Shown: positions 31,890 through 32,000 of the stretch, in pieces
Position numbering within the stretch: the stretch's first letter is position 1
Layout of the letters: each line of letters starts with the position of its first letter
Source: Candidatus Saccharimonadota bacterium
GTDB taxonomy: Bacteria; Patescibacteriota; Saccharimonadia; Saccharimonadales; Saccharimonadaceae
DNA length: 32,000 bases
Assembly: GCA_000503915.1 (NCBI GenBank)
Contig: CP006915.1
Span: 360,001-392,000 of the forward strand
Reading direction: 5' to 3'
The notes under the pieces: model-generated
What the model saw: only the letters and a program-made list of their open reading frames with translations
What the model was told of the DNA's origin: nothing
The model's database searches: none
Translations under genes and position numbers: made by a program

Positions 31890-32000
31890 CTAATAGACGA
31901 CATACACACTGGCATCTGCAAAGCGTCCCTGAAAGTCTTTATACAATACTCGGCTCCCTGTCGTGAGGATACTATCAACGGTTAGTACACTCCACCAGAT
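31890..32000 (-). CDS. 3' end of a minus-strand ORF entering from beyond the window (partial)
   Basis: My own translation of the minus strand from the window edge: IWWSVLTVDSILTTGSRVLYKDFQGRFADASVYVVY, with stop TAG at 31892-31890. Too short to assess. Confidence 0.25.
   Translation of the reverse strand: MWWSVLTVDSILTTGSRVLYKDFQGRFADASVYVVY

Larger units (their letters stand above)
27555..32000. mobile_element. integrated AT-rich mobile element (serine-integrase type), one end only; continues past the window
   Basis: The sequence shifts to AT-rich immediately upstream of the ychF ATG. Hand counts of single 60-nt lines gave ~35-38% G+C inside the element against ~58-60% in the ychF and ftsK lines; one host line at 8101 was also ~38%, so a proper scan is needed. 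Gene content is a large serine recombinase at the very edge, an excisionase-type HTH, a RepA-like ATPase, unknown ORFs and a GIY-YIG nuclease. Confidence 0.75.

Overview
The first ~27.5 kb is a densely packed, mostly plus-strand housekeeping block. The gene content, short intergenic gaps and pilin gene fit a small-genome Patescibacteria/CPR (Saccharibacteria-like) organism, but that attribution is inference only. In order it encodes a sigma-70 factor, polA followed by five translationally coupled small genes (Nudix-like, deoxyribosyltransferase-like, P-loop kinase-like, LMW-PTP/ArsC-like, a PD-(D/E)xK-like unknown), more unknowns, a HAD hydrolase, fpg, holA, rpsT, a DHH-like protein with a long disordered tail, truB, rpsO, hpt, pnp, a family-4-type UDG, RNase J, a nucleotidyltransferase-fold protein, a SemiSWEET/PQ-loop transporter, ftsK, a type IV pilin, rpsF-ssb-rpsR, efp, tlyA and ychF. 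From ~27555 to the window end the sequence turns visibly AT-rich. That stretch carries a large serine recombinase, an excisionase-type HTH protein, a RepA-like RecA-fold ATPase, unknown ORFs and a GIY-YIG nuclease. I read it as one end of an integrated mobile element inserted directly upstream of the ychF start codon and truncated by the window. This element and the polA-coupled six-gene chain are the two most interesting things here. A third recurring signal is consensus sigma-70 promoters whose -10 box ends only 6-10 nt before the start codon, which predicts leaderless mRNAs. I saw no rRNA, tRNA or CRISPR array. All functional calls rest on motifs read by eye from the translations; no database search was run.
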